NCBI GenBank assembly: GCA_002327685.1
Contig: DCXN01000003.1
Coordinates: 6,981 to 70,980 of the forward strand
Length of the DNA: 64,000 nucleotides
Origin: Patescibacteria group bacterium UBA2135
GTDB taxonomy: Bacteria > Patescibacteriota > Minisyncoccia > Phycocordibacterales > UBA2135
Direction of reading: 5' to 3'
This document shows, piece after piece, positions 45,883-55,581 of the stretch. Below the pieces are notes generated by a model that was not told the DNA's origin, did not search any database, and saw nothing but the letters and a program-made list of their open reading frames with translations. A program made the translations under genes and the position numbers. The first letter of the stretch is position 1. Every line of letters starts with the position of its first letter.

Positions 45883-47808
45883 CTCGTCTTTAGGCAACAC
45901 TACCTTCCCCTGACTAAAAATAAAGTTCGGGTCAGTGCTAAGCGAAGTATCAAGCGCCTTACTTGAAAGACGCGCGACTGTCTCTGTAAACTCATCAACT
46001 CCTGAAAACGTTGACTCACCAATTACCGTCGGAGTCTGGTTGAGATGCGACAAGCTTGGCATAAGTTTTACCTGAAATGCAACCTCTCGCGGCGGCAATG
46101 TCATACCCGACCCCGCCTCAAGCCGATCAATGTTCCATACCACTTCGCGAGACGATTCATTGTATGAAATATTTTCACTCATTGGCGTAAAAACTCCCAC
46201 CCATTTAACATAAGGAGGTAAAACTGCTTTGACCATTGAGCGAGAGACATGATTTGACGAATTAACAGCCGTAAAAACAACTGTGTATGTTGTTTCGCGC
46301 TCAACTTCCGGCGGTACAGGACCTGTGTTTATAAACGGTCCAACAAAATATACCATACGAGACGTAAATACAACATCAGAGGCAATTTTAATCGTACGCT
46401 CAATTGAATTTTCAACTCGCTCATCAACGCCTGACTCCGAAAGTCGCTTACCACTTGTAGTTACAACAATATCAACAGTTGGATTTTTAAATAGTGAACC
46501 GCTTGTGGTAAAAAGCGGCTGCAACGCAAACCGAAAACTTGTTCTTCCCTGCGCGCCAGACTCAATGTCCGCAAGATCCGGCAGTGAATTCTTATCCCAC
46601 AAAATCGTGTTATCAGCTGAATCAAAGAATCCATTACGCGGCTTCACTGAAAGTTCATTAATAACATCACCTGAAAGCTTTGCTTCAATGCGCGCGTCAA
46701 CAATTTTGGTCGGCAAGTTATTTGTCCATACGACCTCAACGTCAACAAGCGAGCCGCTTCCCACAGCTGGTTCTTTTCTTGTTTCTCCATTGACAAACAA
46801 AAGCGTACTCAAGAAAGGGCGCGCAATTGAAATAGTAGATATTGATGTATTGTATGTAACCCCGAGTTCATTTTCTTTCTCTTTGGATTTAGCGCCGCTT
46901 GAAACCCGGAATACTTTCTCTTCCCCATCTTGCCCTTCAAGAATTCCGCGAACAACAATCACGCGCCGTGCCCGCGGCGCCAAATCACCAATAAGCCATT
47001 TGTTATCGCCAGATACGGCCTGCGGCTCAGCCCCAAGAAATGAAAAACCAAACGGATAGTCTATCTCGACAGCAAGATCACGAGTTATTATGTCGGTATT
47101 TGATATGACTGTAGCTTTAATTTCAAATTCCTGCCCTGCCACCGCTTCAGAAAGTGTCTCTACGGTAAGGCTGGTAGCAGAAGAGCTGATATGTATTTCA
47201 TGTTCTTTTTCTTTTACAAAAATGGCATTAGAATCTTCTACTCTATACTCAAGTGTAATATTAAATTTCTTTTCATCTCCTTCTTGTCCAAACAATACAA
47301 GCCGCAAAGGTTCTTCAATAACCTCCCCTGCTTCAATACGATCAAGCGATTTACGAAAGTTGGAAAGTTCTGTTTTAAGTTTGCCAACACTTCTTGTTCC
47401 TTGCGGATATTCAACCAAAAAATCAACAAATTCAAGAGGGACACTATTGTTATTTTCAATTACAATTTGGAGTTGCACTTCTTCACCCGCGGGCGCCGCA
47501 ACAGGGCCTGAAACAAGAATGTCCACATTTTTTGTGGAGATAACATTAGAATCACGCAGCAAAACAAATGAAGCAACAATCATCGCAAGAACAAAAAAGA
47601 GTATTGAGATAATGAAAAATTTTTTCCAGAATGGCATGATTGGTTTTTTTGCGTCCGCAGGATCCGCTTCTTCGGCTTCCCACCCGCTTTCACCCTCCCC
47701 GTCATGTGTATGAAGCTCAAAGCGTTCACTTGGAGGCAAATTCGCGCCACGCCTATACAAAGACTTTTTAAGCCGCTCTATCTTCCCCTCTTTTTTCACC
47801 TTAGACAT
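45880..47808 (-). CDS. Membrane-anchored large hypothetical protein with repeated beta-rich domains
   Basis: 642 aa. N-terminal transmembrane segment after a charged cytoplasmic head. Extracellular Ig-like repeats. Confidence 0.6.
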   Translation of the reverse strand: MSKVKKEGKIERLKKSLYRRGANLPPSERFELHTHDGEGESGWEAEEADPADAKKPIMPFWKKFFIISILFFVLAMIVASFVLLRDSNVISTKNVDILVSGPVAAPAGEEVQLQIVIENNNSVPLEFVDFLVEYPQGTRSVGKLKTELSNFRKSLDRIEAGEVIEEPLRLVLFGQEGDEKKFNITLEYRVEDSNAIFVKEKEHEIHISSSATSLTVETLSEAVAGQEFEIKATVISNTDIITRDLAVEIDYPFGFSFLGAEPQAVSGDNKWLIGDLAPRARRVIVVRGILEGQDGEEKVFRVSSGAKSKEKENELGVTYNTSISTISIARPFLSTLLFVNGETRKEPAVGSGSLVDVEVVWTNNLPTKIVDARIEAKLSGDVINELSVKPRNGFFDSADNTILWDKNSLPDLADIESGAQGRTSFRFALQPLFTTSGSLFKNPTVDIVVTTSGKRLSESGVDERVENSIERTIKIASDVVFTSRMVYFVGPFINTGPVPPEVERETTYTVVFTAVNSSNHVSRSMVKAVLPPYVKWVGVFTPMSENISYNESSREVVWNIDRLEAGSGMTLPPREVAFQVKLMPSLSHLNQTPTVIGESTFSGVDEFTETVARLSSKALDTSLSTDPNFIFSQGKVVLPKDE

Positions 47809-47862
47809 TACACTTCATTATAGCATTGAATAAGCAAGGTACTAGGTTTTAAGCTAATCGCG

Positions 47863-48053
47863 CCGCCAGGTCTGGCCTTGAGGAGGAGCGGAGCCGAGTC
47901 TGACTCGGCGCAGCGACGGGAAAAGGCCGGACCTTGCGGAACGGTTTTTTCTAATTTGCAGACCTTGAGAAAAAAACTGTGCAGCCAGGTCTGGCCTTGA
48001 GGAGGAGCGAAGCGACGGGAAAAGGCCGGACCTTGCGGAACAGTTTTCCGCAG
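47863..48053. repeat. Family-2 GC-rich repeat array (two large units)
   Basis: CCAGGTCTGGCCTTGAGGAGGAGCG(G/A)AGC...GACGGGAAAAGGCCGGACCTTGCGGAAC(G/A)GTTTT x2, one unit with an inserted CCGAGTCTGACTCGG hairpin. Confidence 0.8.
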
Positions 48054-48150
48054 TTTCCCCCCATTCCATCAGAACCTTGCAAGGTTTTGATAGAATGTTA
48101 ACAATTTAGGCAAAATTCCCCTCAATTTTATATGAATACAGCAATTTTTA

Positions 48151-48190
48151 AACTATTTCAGTTTATCAAAATGAAGGTTCCTCGTGCGCA
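48151..48190. repeat. 36-40-bp direct repeat abutting a stop codon (copy 1)
   Basis: AACTATTTCAGTTTATCAAAATGAAGGTTCCTCGTGCGCA. Copy 2 is at 49075-49113. Confidence 0.6.
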
Positions 48191-48844
48191 TTAGTTCTCT
48201 AAATCAACAACAGTAATATCAGAAAAAACCTCTTGCAATACACGTAATCGTTCTGATGATTCTGTTTGTGACTTCTTTGAAAATTCTTTAATACTGTTTT
48301 CAATGTCATTTGTCATCTCTCCTGTTTTTTTAAATTTTTCTAATTCTCCATTTGGTAACATTGGCCAAAAATCTTTTGGTAAGCCACTCGTACCCTTTCT
48401 AACTCCTCCAATAAATCTCTTGTAGATACGGGATGTATATTTTTCTATTGGTGTGGGGTGAATGTATATAAATTCAAAATCAGACAACGTATCTGAAAAA
48501 ATACTTTTTAATGTATGTGGGTTTGCCATTGAACCTTCCACTACAACATTACCTCGCAATATAGCTTTTCGTAACTCTTGTTGAGCACCGGTAATAAAAG
48601 CTTCTCTCCATTCTGATGGTTCACCAAAACGATATGCCACAACATAAGCTTTAGGAACATCATCTACACCAAATTTTTCAACAACATTTTTTTGTACAAT
48701 TTGATCAAATGAAATCGATACATACCCAAGATCCTCTACTAGTTGATGAGCGAATGTTGTTTTTCCTGTTGAGGTTTTACCACTGATATATACAATCTGT
48801 GGTTTTGTGTTTTTAATCTTCTTATATACTCCCTCAAGATTCAT
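48191..48844 (-). CDS. P-loop NTPase / nucleoside(-tide) kinase-like protein
   Basis: Walker A IVYISGKTSTGKTTFAHQL. 217 aa. Confidence 0.55.
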   Translation of the reverse strand: MNLEGVYKKIKNTKPQIVYISGKTSTGKTTFAHQLVEDLGYVSISFDQIVQKNVVEKFGVDDVPKAYVVAYRFGEPSEWREAFITGAQQELRKAILRGNVVVEGSMANPHTLKSIFSDTLSDFEFIYIHPTPIEKYTSRIYKRFIGGVRKGTSGLPKDFWPMLPNGELEKFKKTGEMTNDIENSIKEFSKKSQTESSERLRVLQEVFSDITVVDLEN

Positions 48845-48909
48845 AAAATTATTATAACGCTGAATACTTAATATATTGAATAAATATAGTACCTCGTGCT
48901 AGCTCTAAG

Positions 48910-48995
48910 ATGCGGAGACTGAGGGATTCGAACTGTCTCGGTCACCCCGATACTAAATGTTAAGTGCGGGGTGTTAGGGATTCGAACACTTCTCG
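48910..48995. other. tRNA-like T-loop motifs (GGGATTCGAAC x2) that do not fold into a canonical cloverleaf
   Basis: Two GGGATTCGAAC motifs 52 nt apart plus a 7-bp stem CACCCCG...CGGGGTG. Manual folding on either strand failed to give T-stem pairing. Possibly a degraded tRNA or att remnant. Confidence 0.2.
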
Positions 48996-49074
48996 TGCGT
49001 AATCACTACGCTCAAATTGCCTAACCTCCTCAAGCTAAAACTTTTGTCGATCAAGCCCCGTAAAGTTTATTTTT

Positions 49075-49113
49075 AACTATTTTAATTTATCAAAATGAAG
49101 GTCCTCGTGTACC
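49075..49113. repeat. 36-40-bp direct repeat abutting a stop codon (copy 2)
   Basis: AACTATTTTAATTTATCAAAATGAAGGTCCTCGTGTACC. Confidence 0.6.
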
Positions 49114-49824
49114 TTAATTTTTAACATCATATTTTAAATGAAGATAGGAATGTTCTAATTGTTTGCAAGATACTAATGTAAGTGGTCTCAACTTCATCAA
49201 CTCGAAGTTATTATGTAATGACTCACCATCAATAAGTGTTGCTGTATTCTTTCCTCCGACTAAAATTGGTGCAACAACAATGGAAAGATGGTCAATCAAT
49301 CCAGCTCTTAACAAAACGGAGTTTAGTGTTCCTCCAGATTGAATTGTGAGCTTGTCAGCCCCATTCTTTTTTAACTTATAGAGTACATCTTGAAAATCAA
49401 TTTCATTATTATATAAAAGAAAAGTAATCTTATCATTCTGACCTGAAAGAATTTTTGCAGGATGATTAGCGTTTGTACTTACAACAAACACGCCTCTAGT
49501 TTTTTCAGCCAAGTATTCAATCCCTTCAGAAGTTAGGTGTGGCTTATTATCAACTACCACGAATGAAACAGGAATACCATCTTGAAATACCTTTTTCTCA
49601 TTTACTCCAATTTTTTCAAAAACTCTACCCGAGTTAAGCGAAAAAGGATCCGTAGTCTGTTCAATATCATAGTATTGTTTCAATCCTTCTTTTACCCCAT
49701 CAACATTAAGGAAATCCTTATCGACATCCATTGCGTCGGTATCTCCAGTCGATATTTTCCCATCGACAGACATAAGCATGAATAGTGTTGTTTCTGGTCT
49801 TTCCATATATTTATCATAACGCAA
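49114..49824 (-). CDS. RibD C-terminal domain / dihydrofolate-reductase-like reductase
   Basis: TLFMLMSVDGKISTGD...VVVDNKPH...IVVAPILVGGKNT. Confidence 0.6.
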   Translation of the reverse strand: MRYDKYMERPETTLFMLMSVDGKISTGDTDAMDVDKDFLNVDGVKEGLKQYYDIEQTTDPFSLNSGRVFEKIGVNEKKVFQDGIPVSFVVVDNKPHLTSEGIEYLAEKTRGVFVVSTNANHPAKILSGQNDKITFLLYNNEIDFQDVLYKLKKNGADKLTIQSGGTLNSVLLRAGLIDHLSIVVAPILVGGKNTATLIDGESLHNNFELMKLRPLTLVSCKQLEHSYLHLKYDVKN

Positions 49825-49894
49825 TCAATAAAATTGCATAACAAATTGCCTACAGATAAATGTGAATAATCGCCATTAATTTTCTGATATTTTT

Positions 49895-51361
49895 TTATTC
49901 CTCTCGCAACTTATCCAACTCAAGAGTTTCGTCTATGCGAATCTGATTTACAAAATCCGAAACGTGAGAAACAAGCACCATGGCCCCTTTATATTGATCT
50001 AGCGCCTTTGCGATGATGGGTAGATGGCGAAAGTTTATATGATTAGTAGGTTCGTCTAAAATAAGCAGGTTCGGTCTCATAAGTGCAAGTTGTGCAAATG
50101 ACACGAGTCCTTTTTGTCCTTCGGACAAATTTCCTATCTTTGTGTATATAAGCTCTCCTGTTATCAAAAATCCTGCCGCCAAACTCCTCATCATCTGTTC
50201 ATCCTCTCTGTCCATTGCCTTCTTCAGCGTGTCATACACAGTCTCATCAAAATCAAGCATGGAAAAATCCTGTCTATAATAGCCCACTCTCACACCATCT
50301 GAAATCTTTGCACCCTGCTCTGTGCCATGCGCCAAATTATTAAGCAAAGTACTTTTTCCTATGCCATTTGGGCCAGTTAAAAGAAGATGCCTATTTTTCG
50401 TTAAAGATACGTCCGCCACTCTAGAAGACAACTTATCGCCTTGCATAATAGAGAGTGCGTGAATCCGCAAAATCTCGCCTACGTGATGCTCCTTAACGTC
50501 TATATCAAATTTTCGTATAGTTTTGTCTTCACGACGCACATCCACTTTGGATTCTTCCGCCTCTTGCGCACTTTCACGCATACGTTTTGCCAAGATCCTC
50601 ATGCGACCTCCTTTGTTTGCGAAAAAGTTTGCCTTGTCTTTTTTCTCTTGAATATGTTTTTCAAATTGAGCGTTTTTTCTACGTTCTTTTTCTACACGAG
50701 CTACTATCTCCTTAACCACGTCTTTGTAGTCACCAACATATTTTTCTATTTTTCTCGTAAAGACATCTAGATACAAAACGCCTTCCGTGAAAGCATTTAA
50801 AAAATCTGCATCATGAGAAATCACGATAACCGTTTTTTTGTAATCAATCAAAAACTTTTTCAAATGTGAAATCCCATCTTTATCTAGATTGTTTGTGGGT
50901 TCATCTAAGAGCAATATGTCAGGGTTCTGTATTAAAGCAGATGCCAAAAGAAGGCGCGCCTGCTGTCCTCCAGAGAAATCTTTTATGAGCTTTTCCTTTG
51001 GGGCGTGTAGGTTTACGACTTCTAAAATCTTATCTATACGCACATCAATGTTATATATTTTCTCCGTGAAGCACTCTTGAAAAAACTCACGCACAGAAAT
51101 TTCAAGCTGGTCACGTGGTATTACCTGTCTAGCTATCGCCACGGAAAGATTCGGCGCGAAATGAATATCCCCTTCTGCAGGCGTACGCTTTTTTGTGATT
51201 AGCTCAAACAAAGTGCTTTTCCCTGATCCATTTTGCCCCATGAGAGTTATTTTTGAGCCACGACGCACAGTAAAGCTCACCTCATCTAATATGGGTTTCT
51301 TTGCGCTGTATTCAAATGACACCTCGTCAAATCTTATTATTACTTCTGTTTTTTCTGACAT
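49895..51361 (-). CDS. ABC-F family ATPase (tandem ABC domains, no transmembrane domain)
   Basis: Two Walker A motifs (GQNGSGKST; GPNGIGKST), two signature motifs (FSGGQQAR; LSEGQKG), and a charged interdomain linker. Confidence 0.85.
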   Translation of the reverse strand: MSEKTEVIIRFDEVSFEYSAKKPILDEVSFTVRRGSKITLMGQNGSGKSTLFELITKKRTPAEGDIHFAPNLSVAIARQVIPRDQLEISVREFFQECFTEKIYNIDVRIDKILEVVNLHAPKEKLIKDFSGGQQARLLLASALIQNPDILLLDEPTNNLDKDGISHLKKFLIDYKKTVIVISHDADFLNAFTEGVLYLDVFTRKIEKYVGDYKDVVKEIVARVEKERRKNAQFEKHIQEKKDKANFFANKGGRMRILAKRMRESAQEAEESKVDVRREDKTIRKFDIDVKEHHVGEILRIHALSIMQGDKLSSRVADVSLTKNRHLLLTGPNGIGKSTLLNNLAHGTEQGAKISDGVRVGYYRQDFSMLDFDETVYDTLKKAMDREDEQMMRSLAAGFLITGELIYTKIGNLSEGQKGLVSFAQLALMRPNLLILDEPTNHINFRHLPIIAKALDQYKGAMVLVSHVSDFVNQIRIDETLELDKLREE

Positions 51362-51371
51362 AGTTAGCAAA

Positions 51372-52090
51372 GCATTTTAATCAATTTAATCAAAAAGAAC
51401 GCACGCGGTGCGTCCTTGCTCCTTGTTGACAGAACTATACTACAAATCCACTACCTACGCAATCATCTTTTTGAAACGCCGTCAGGTCTGGCCTTCCCGC
51501 CTGCCATCGCCCGACTGACCTTTGCGGACGATTAGGCAGTGGCGGGCAGGGAGGAGGAGCGGAGCGACGGGCCTCGGTCTCGGATAATTCTATACCAAGC
51601 ACTACAAGGCTTTTCTGACGGCTTTTAGTTTACTGTTTCAATGCTCCTCGGAACAAAGTGTAAATTGCTTATCCTCGTAAAACAAGCTATCCTTAGATTG
51701 GATGCTTGAGCAGTGCCGAGGCTAATACGGCGAGATCAGCACGCTAGCCCGAATACCTCGACAGTACTTTGACCGGCCTTAGCTTCAAAGTTGAGGAACG
51801 TCGTCCGTAACTATAACGGACCTTCGCTTGAGCATCCACTTTCTTCTAGCCATTTCTTTGGAAGTGGTTTTTCTATTATAAGAAGCTCTTCATACTCTGA
51901 TCATACTCTGAACCTACCCCGAACTACCTGACTGCTTAGAACGATGTTGAAACCTGTTTTATTTTATCAAATTAATCACTCGACAAAGATTCAAATGGCA
52001 GATAATGCTCGAATATTTTAATGAACATCGAGCTGTCCACAGAAACAAGAAAGCCGCCTACTTCAAACATAAAGTGACGGCTTATATTAA
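51372..52090. other. About 720-nt ORF-free region (candidate leader or ncRNA) containing a disrupted family-2 repeat
   Basis: No ORF of 60 aa or more in any frame. Mixed GC. Several stems (AACGCAC-GCG-GTGCGT; CCGCCTGCC...GGCAGTGGCGGG). The family-2 core (51481-51584) carries a 50-nt insertion. Confidence 0.35.
51481..51584. repeat. Family-2 repeat, disrupted copy
   Basis: GTCAGGTCTGGCCTTCC-[50-nt insert]-AGGGAGGAGGAGCGGAGCGACGGGCCTCGGTCTCGG. Confidence 0.6.
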
Positions 52091-52477
52091 TTAGGAATCT
52101 CCGAGAAAAGAATCCAGACTCTCTTTATTAAATTCCATGCAATGACCAACGATAACCAGAACATCACGTGGCTTAAACCACACTGCTTCAAGATTCCGCC
52201 CTTTGAACTTATCTTCGCCTTCACGAAAATTTCGCTGAAATACAGCAGTTGAGGCACCGTGTGTTCCATATTCATGAAAAAACCAACGCTGTCCATCATC
52301 TTCTAAAGGATCCCCTCGAAAGAGGAGGCATGGAACAGTACTTTGTTCACTTGGACCAGAAAACGCGACAGCATCGATTTTTGGAAAAGTACGTCCTTTG
52401 CAATCAAAAAGGTGTTGCCCTTTTACCTCAACCACTTTTAACACAGTAACAAACAAACCTTTTGATATCTCAAACAT
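52091..52477 (-). CDS. Hypothetical protein
   Basis: 128-aa ORF with a protein-like composition. Confidence 0.4.
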   Translation of the reverse strand: MFEISKGLFVTVLKVVEVKGQHLFDCKGRTFPKIDAVAFSGPSEQSTVPCLLFRGDPLEDDGQRWFFHEYGTHGASTAVFQRNFREGEDKFKGRNLEAVWFKPRDVLVIVGHCMEFNKESLDSFLGDS

Positions 52478-52604
52478 TTCTACCTACCTTTAAATTTAAT
52501 ATCAAAATTCTAATACAGTAATAACACTATGTAATTTCTTTTGCAACAGATTACCGCGGGCTAACGAGATAGTTTTTTATGCGACGTAAACGGAAACAGT
52601 CACA

Positions 52605-53459
52605 TTAATTTCTCACATTCTTCCCATCGCTCTTAAAAATAATCGTCCCCTGCTCGTCTGTCCTCAAAATTTCACTTTCAAATTGTTCAAGGCGCGCAAT
52701 CACCTCTTCGTGAGGGTGACCGTATCTATTTGCCACGCCAGCCGATATGACAGAAAATAATGGTGACGCATACCCAAGAAACAAATCGGATGTAGAGGTT
52801 TTTGAGCCATGATGACCAATCTTCAACACATCAACGTCAATCATTTTCCCATCAAGCGAAACAACAAAGTTTTCCATCTTTTGCGACGCGTCACCTGTGA
52901 AAAGAAATGATGTATCTTCATAAATCAGTTTCGCAATAATTGATGCATCATTCGCGCTCACTCCAGACATGTCTCTGTCAGGAAACAAAACAAGTAAGTA
53001 CACTTTTTCATCCAAAAATATTTTCATTCCACGCCGCGCTATAACATTCTCACTTCCCTCTAACGCAATCAAACGCACTAGCTCCTCGTACGCACCTGTT
53101 TCTACCGCAATACCAGGCTCAATAAAATAATCAACTTTAAAATTTTTCAAAACCGCCGGAAGCCCACCGATATGATCTTTGTCCGGATGTGTTGCAAGCA
53201 CAACATCAATTGAACGATCATAAAATGGCATAACAGTGGAAAGCTCCTGCAAAACGCGAGTATTCCCTCCACCGTCTATAAGCATTTGATTCCCATTTGG
53301 CGCTTCAATAAAAACCGCATCCCCCTGCCCCACATCCAAAAACGCAACCGTCAAAATCCCCGCGCGTTCCTCACCAAAAATCGCACACCAAATCAAGGCG
53401 TTCGCAAAGAAAAGCACGCCAAGAAAATACCATTTTGCGTTTTGGCGGATAGATTCCAT
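52605..53459 (-). CDS. Metallo-beta-lactamase-fold protein (ComEC/Rec2 C-terminal domain-like), membrane-anchored
   Basis: LDVGQGDAVFIEAPNGNQMLIDGG...HPDKDHIGG...GHHGS. N-terminal transmembrane segment. Confidence 0.75.
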   Translation of the reverse strand: MESIRQNAKWYFLGVLFFANALIWCAIFGEERAGILTVAFLDVGQGDAVFIEAPNGNQMLIDGGGNTRVLQELSTVMPFYDRSIDVVLATHPDKDHIGGLPAVLKNFKVDYFIEPGIAVETGAYEELVRLIALEGSENVIARRGMKIFLDEKVYLLVLFPDRDMSGVSANDASIIAKLIYEDTSFLFTGDASQKMENFVVSLDGKMIDVDVLKIGHHGSKTSTSDLFLGYASPLFSVISAGVANRYGHPHEEVIARLEQFESEILRTDEQGTIIFKSDGKNVRN

Positions 53460-53533
53460 TTAGGAGAGTATAGCAAAGAGAACAAAAAGAAAAAGCCGTC
53501 TCGCCAAACGACGAGACGACAAATATAAAACTT

Positions 53534-53926
53534 CTAGATATCAAAGAAAAGATACCCAAGCTCCTCACCAGCTGGTTGGCTTGAAAGCGACACGCAATCT
53601 TCACGCGAAGAAAACTGTTTCACTAAACGAAGACATGTCGCTACCCCCTCTACAATATCAGAGTGTAGTGAGAGATTCTGGTTTTGCGTGCTCCAATTGC
53701 ACGGAGCATGTCGTGCCCTTCGCAAGATTCCCAAAACCATGTCGCCGTTGCTGTTTTGGGACACGCCTGCTAACTGCTCAATGAGACGGTCTAGATTTTC
53801 GTGCGAATGGTTGATATCTGGACGCGGAATTGACGGCATTGGTCCCTTCCGAATCAGTTCATCCGCGGCGTTGAATGCTAACAGCGCTAAATCGCTAAAA
53901 ACTAAGGCCACAAGGTCCTCCTTCAA
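53534..53926 (-). CDS. Hypothetical protein in a locally GC-rich, probably acquired segment
   Basis: 130 aa. Local GC is about 50%. Confidence 0.4.
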   Translation of the reverse strand: MKEDLVALVFSDLALLAFNAADELIRKGPMPSIPRPDINHSHENLDRLIEQLAGVSQNSNGDMVLGILRRARHAPCNWSTQNQNLSLHSDIVEGVATCLRLVKQFSSREDCVSLSSQPAGEELGYLFFDI

Positions 53927-54004
53927 GGGTAATTCTGCATTCTTTTTACATGTAACTCAAAAACTTGTCAAGCAACAGTGACGCTCCTGTACATACACAA
54001 AAAA

Positions 54005-54277
54005 TTACCGATAAATATCCTTCCGATTGCCAACGTAAAGAAAATGTACGTTCTTGGCATCAATAAAACGAAATTTGATACGATAGTCTTTATTAATCCA
54101 AAAACTCCACACTTGCTCATGATGTGGTTCCAATTTTTTAGCACGAAGAGACGTGTGAAATGGGTTCTTACGAAATAATTCTGTCTTCATTTCTGCTCTT
54201 CGTTGAACAACAGCTGGTAGCTTCTTATATAACCGAGTAAACGTTGGTGTGATAAAAATCTCCAACATACATATCAT
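54005..54277 (-). CDS. relE: RelE/ParE-family toxin
   Basis: ...LPAVVQRRAEMKTELFRKNPF...KLEPHHEQVWSFWINKDYRIKFRFIDAKNVHFLYVGNRKDIY matches the RelE/StbE pattern. Confidence 0.75.
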   Translation of the reverse strand: MICMLEIFITPTFTRLYKKLPAVVQRRAEMKTELFRKNPFHTSLRAKKLEPHHEQVWSFWINKDYRIKFRFIDAKNVHFLYVGNRKDIYR

Positions 54278-54474
54278 TTACGAAGTTCGCGCAAGGATTT
54301 TATTTTGCGCGCCTTACCTTCTTTTGATTCTTTCAATGATTTGTTGAGAGATTTTAGAAAGTCAGAGTTATACAACCCAAAAACATCCGCCAGCTTTTCC
54401 CACTGGTTGAGGTCAATTTCTATCTTAATTTTTTTCCGTGAGTTTAGTTTATCTAAAATAGTTATTGTTGCCAT
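54274..54474 (-). CDS. Antitoxin (RelB/Phd-like small protein) overlapping the relE start
   Basis: 66 aa. Its stop overlaps the relE start by 4 nt (ATGA). Confidence 0.5.
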   Translation of the reverse strand: MATITILDKLNSRKKIKIEIDLNQWEKLADVFGLYNSDFLKSLNKSLKESKEGKARKIKSLRELRK

Positions 54475-54547
54475 TCGCTTTAATTTATCACACTTTTACC
54501 GATTTCGCAATTTCGTTTCACCCGAAAAATGAAAGGTTGCAATGCCT

Positions 54548-54672
54548 GTTTTACATCCACATCGTCAAAACCGCGCGCTCCTCACCAAAAATTGCGTACC
54601 AAATCAAAGCATTCGCAAAAAAAAGCACGCCAAGAAAATACCATTTTGCGTTTTGCTTAATATTCTTCATAA
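54548..54672 (-). pseudogene. Duplicated 5' fragment (promoter-proximal region plus first ~40 codons) of the metallo-beta-lactamase gene
   Basis: About 125 bp at roughly 85-90% identity to 53327-53459. Forms direct repeats around the 130-aa gene and the relBE cassette. Confidence 0.6.
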
Positions 54673-55581
54673 GGACAGCGATTCAACTACCTTGTTGCCC
54701 ATCTCTAATCCAGTCTGCCAAGCGGCTTTAAGCATTTTAGGGTCAGTAGTTCTTGATCGAACATTAAAATTATTCGGAGGAGCAATAAGTGTTATGTGGG
54801 GATTGTTTTGTATTGATTCCAAGTCCATTTTTAACCTGTCTTCTGTTGTTGCATATGAACGATACAAAGTTGGATCGTCAAACATCCAACTCATAAACTT
54901 TCCCTCAAATATGTTTTTCATCTTGTAACTAAATTTTCTTCGGATTGGGCTGTTCAAAATAATAATTATCTTGCTATTTGGATGCAATTTCAAAAGAGAG
55001 TCCAGCCCGATGATATCCATAATGGCTCCGTCTATATACCGAGAGCCATCAATGACTGGAACTTTATGAACGTATGGAAATGGTTTAACACCAGCTTTTA
55101 GTATCTCCAGGATATCTGGACGACGTGCTTCAATATATTCAACAGTATGAGTCTCTAGGTTGAAAAGCTTCACATACAACGGAATTGACTGAGAAAGAAT
55201 CCGATTGGTATTCAAATACTTTTCGTTTTTCACAACATTCATTAAATAATCAACGTCAAGCGCATCTTGTAACTTATTTTGTGGAACCGATTTTATAAAT
55301 TTATTTTGGAATCGTTGCCAAGTGCCAATCCAAAACCCCTTAGTAGAAATGAAATTTTTATTTAAATCCTCCCAAAACATAGACGACCCATACGGTGTTT
55401 GTCTTGCTAAAAAATATGCTCCGATCAAAACACCGGCGGATGCTCCATAAACAGCCTTTATCCTTGGATAAATACTATGTCGTTCAAATGCTGTGGAAAC
55501 TCCTGCCCCGAATGATCCTGTCATGGTGCCTCCGGCAAAATATATAACAAACTTATCTGAAGAGTCTTTTTTATTATTCAT
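54667..55581 (-). CDS. Patatin-like phospholipase
   Basis: Oxyanion hole FAGGTMTGSFGAGV (GGxxxG) and nucleophile elbow GASAG (GxSxG). Confidence 0.75.
   Translation of the reverse strand: MNNKKDSSDKFVIYFAGGTMTGSFGAGVSTAFERHSIYPRIKAVYGASAGVLIGAYFLARQTPYGSSMFWEDLNKNFISTKGFWIGTWQRFQNKFIKSVPQNKLQDALDVDYLMNVVKNEKYLNTNRILSQSIPLYVKLFNLETHTVEYIEARRPDILEILKAGVKPFPYVHKVPVIDGSRYIDGAIMDIIGLDSLLKLHPNSKIIIILNSPIRRKFSYKMKNIFEGKFMSWMFDDPTLYRSYATTEDRLKMDLESIQNNPHITLIAPPNNFNVRSRTTDPKMLKAAWQTGLEMGNKVVESLSL

Noticed and set aside
48910-48995. Two tRNA genes suggested by the GGGATTCGAAC motifs
   Set aside because: On neither strand could I build a T-stem (G53-C61 plus 4 further pairs), a 7-nt anticodon loop, or an acceptor stem. 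TTCGAA is self-complementary, so the motif alone is weak evidence. Left as unresolved tRNA-like debris.
392-55581. CBASS-like system (nucleotidyltransferase at 392-991 plus patatin phospholipase at 54667-55581)
   Set aside because: The two genes are 54 kb apart and on unrelated loci. The nucleotidyltransferase is a minimal 199-aa protein paired with a wHTH gene, so it is more toxin-antitoxin or AbiE-like.
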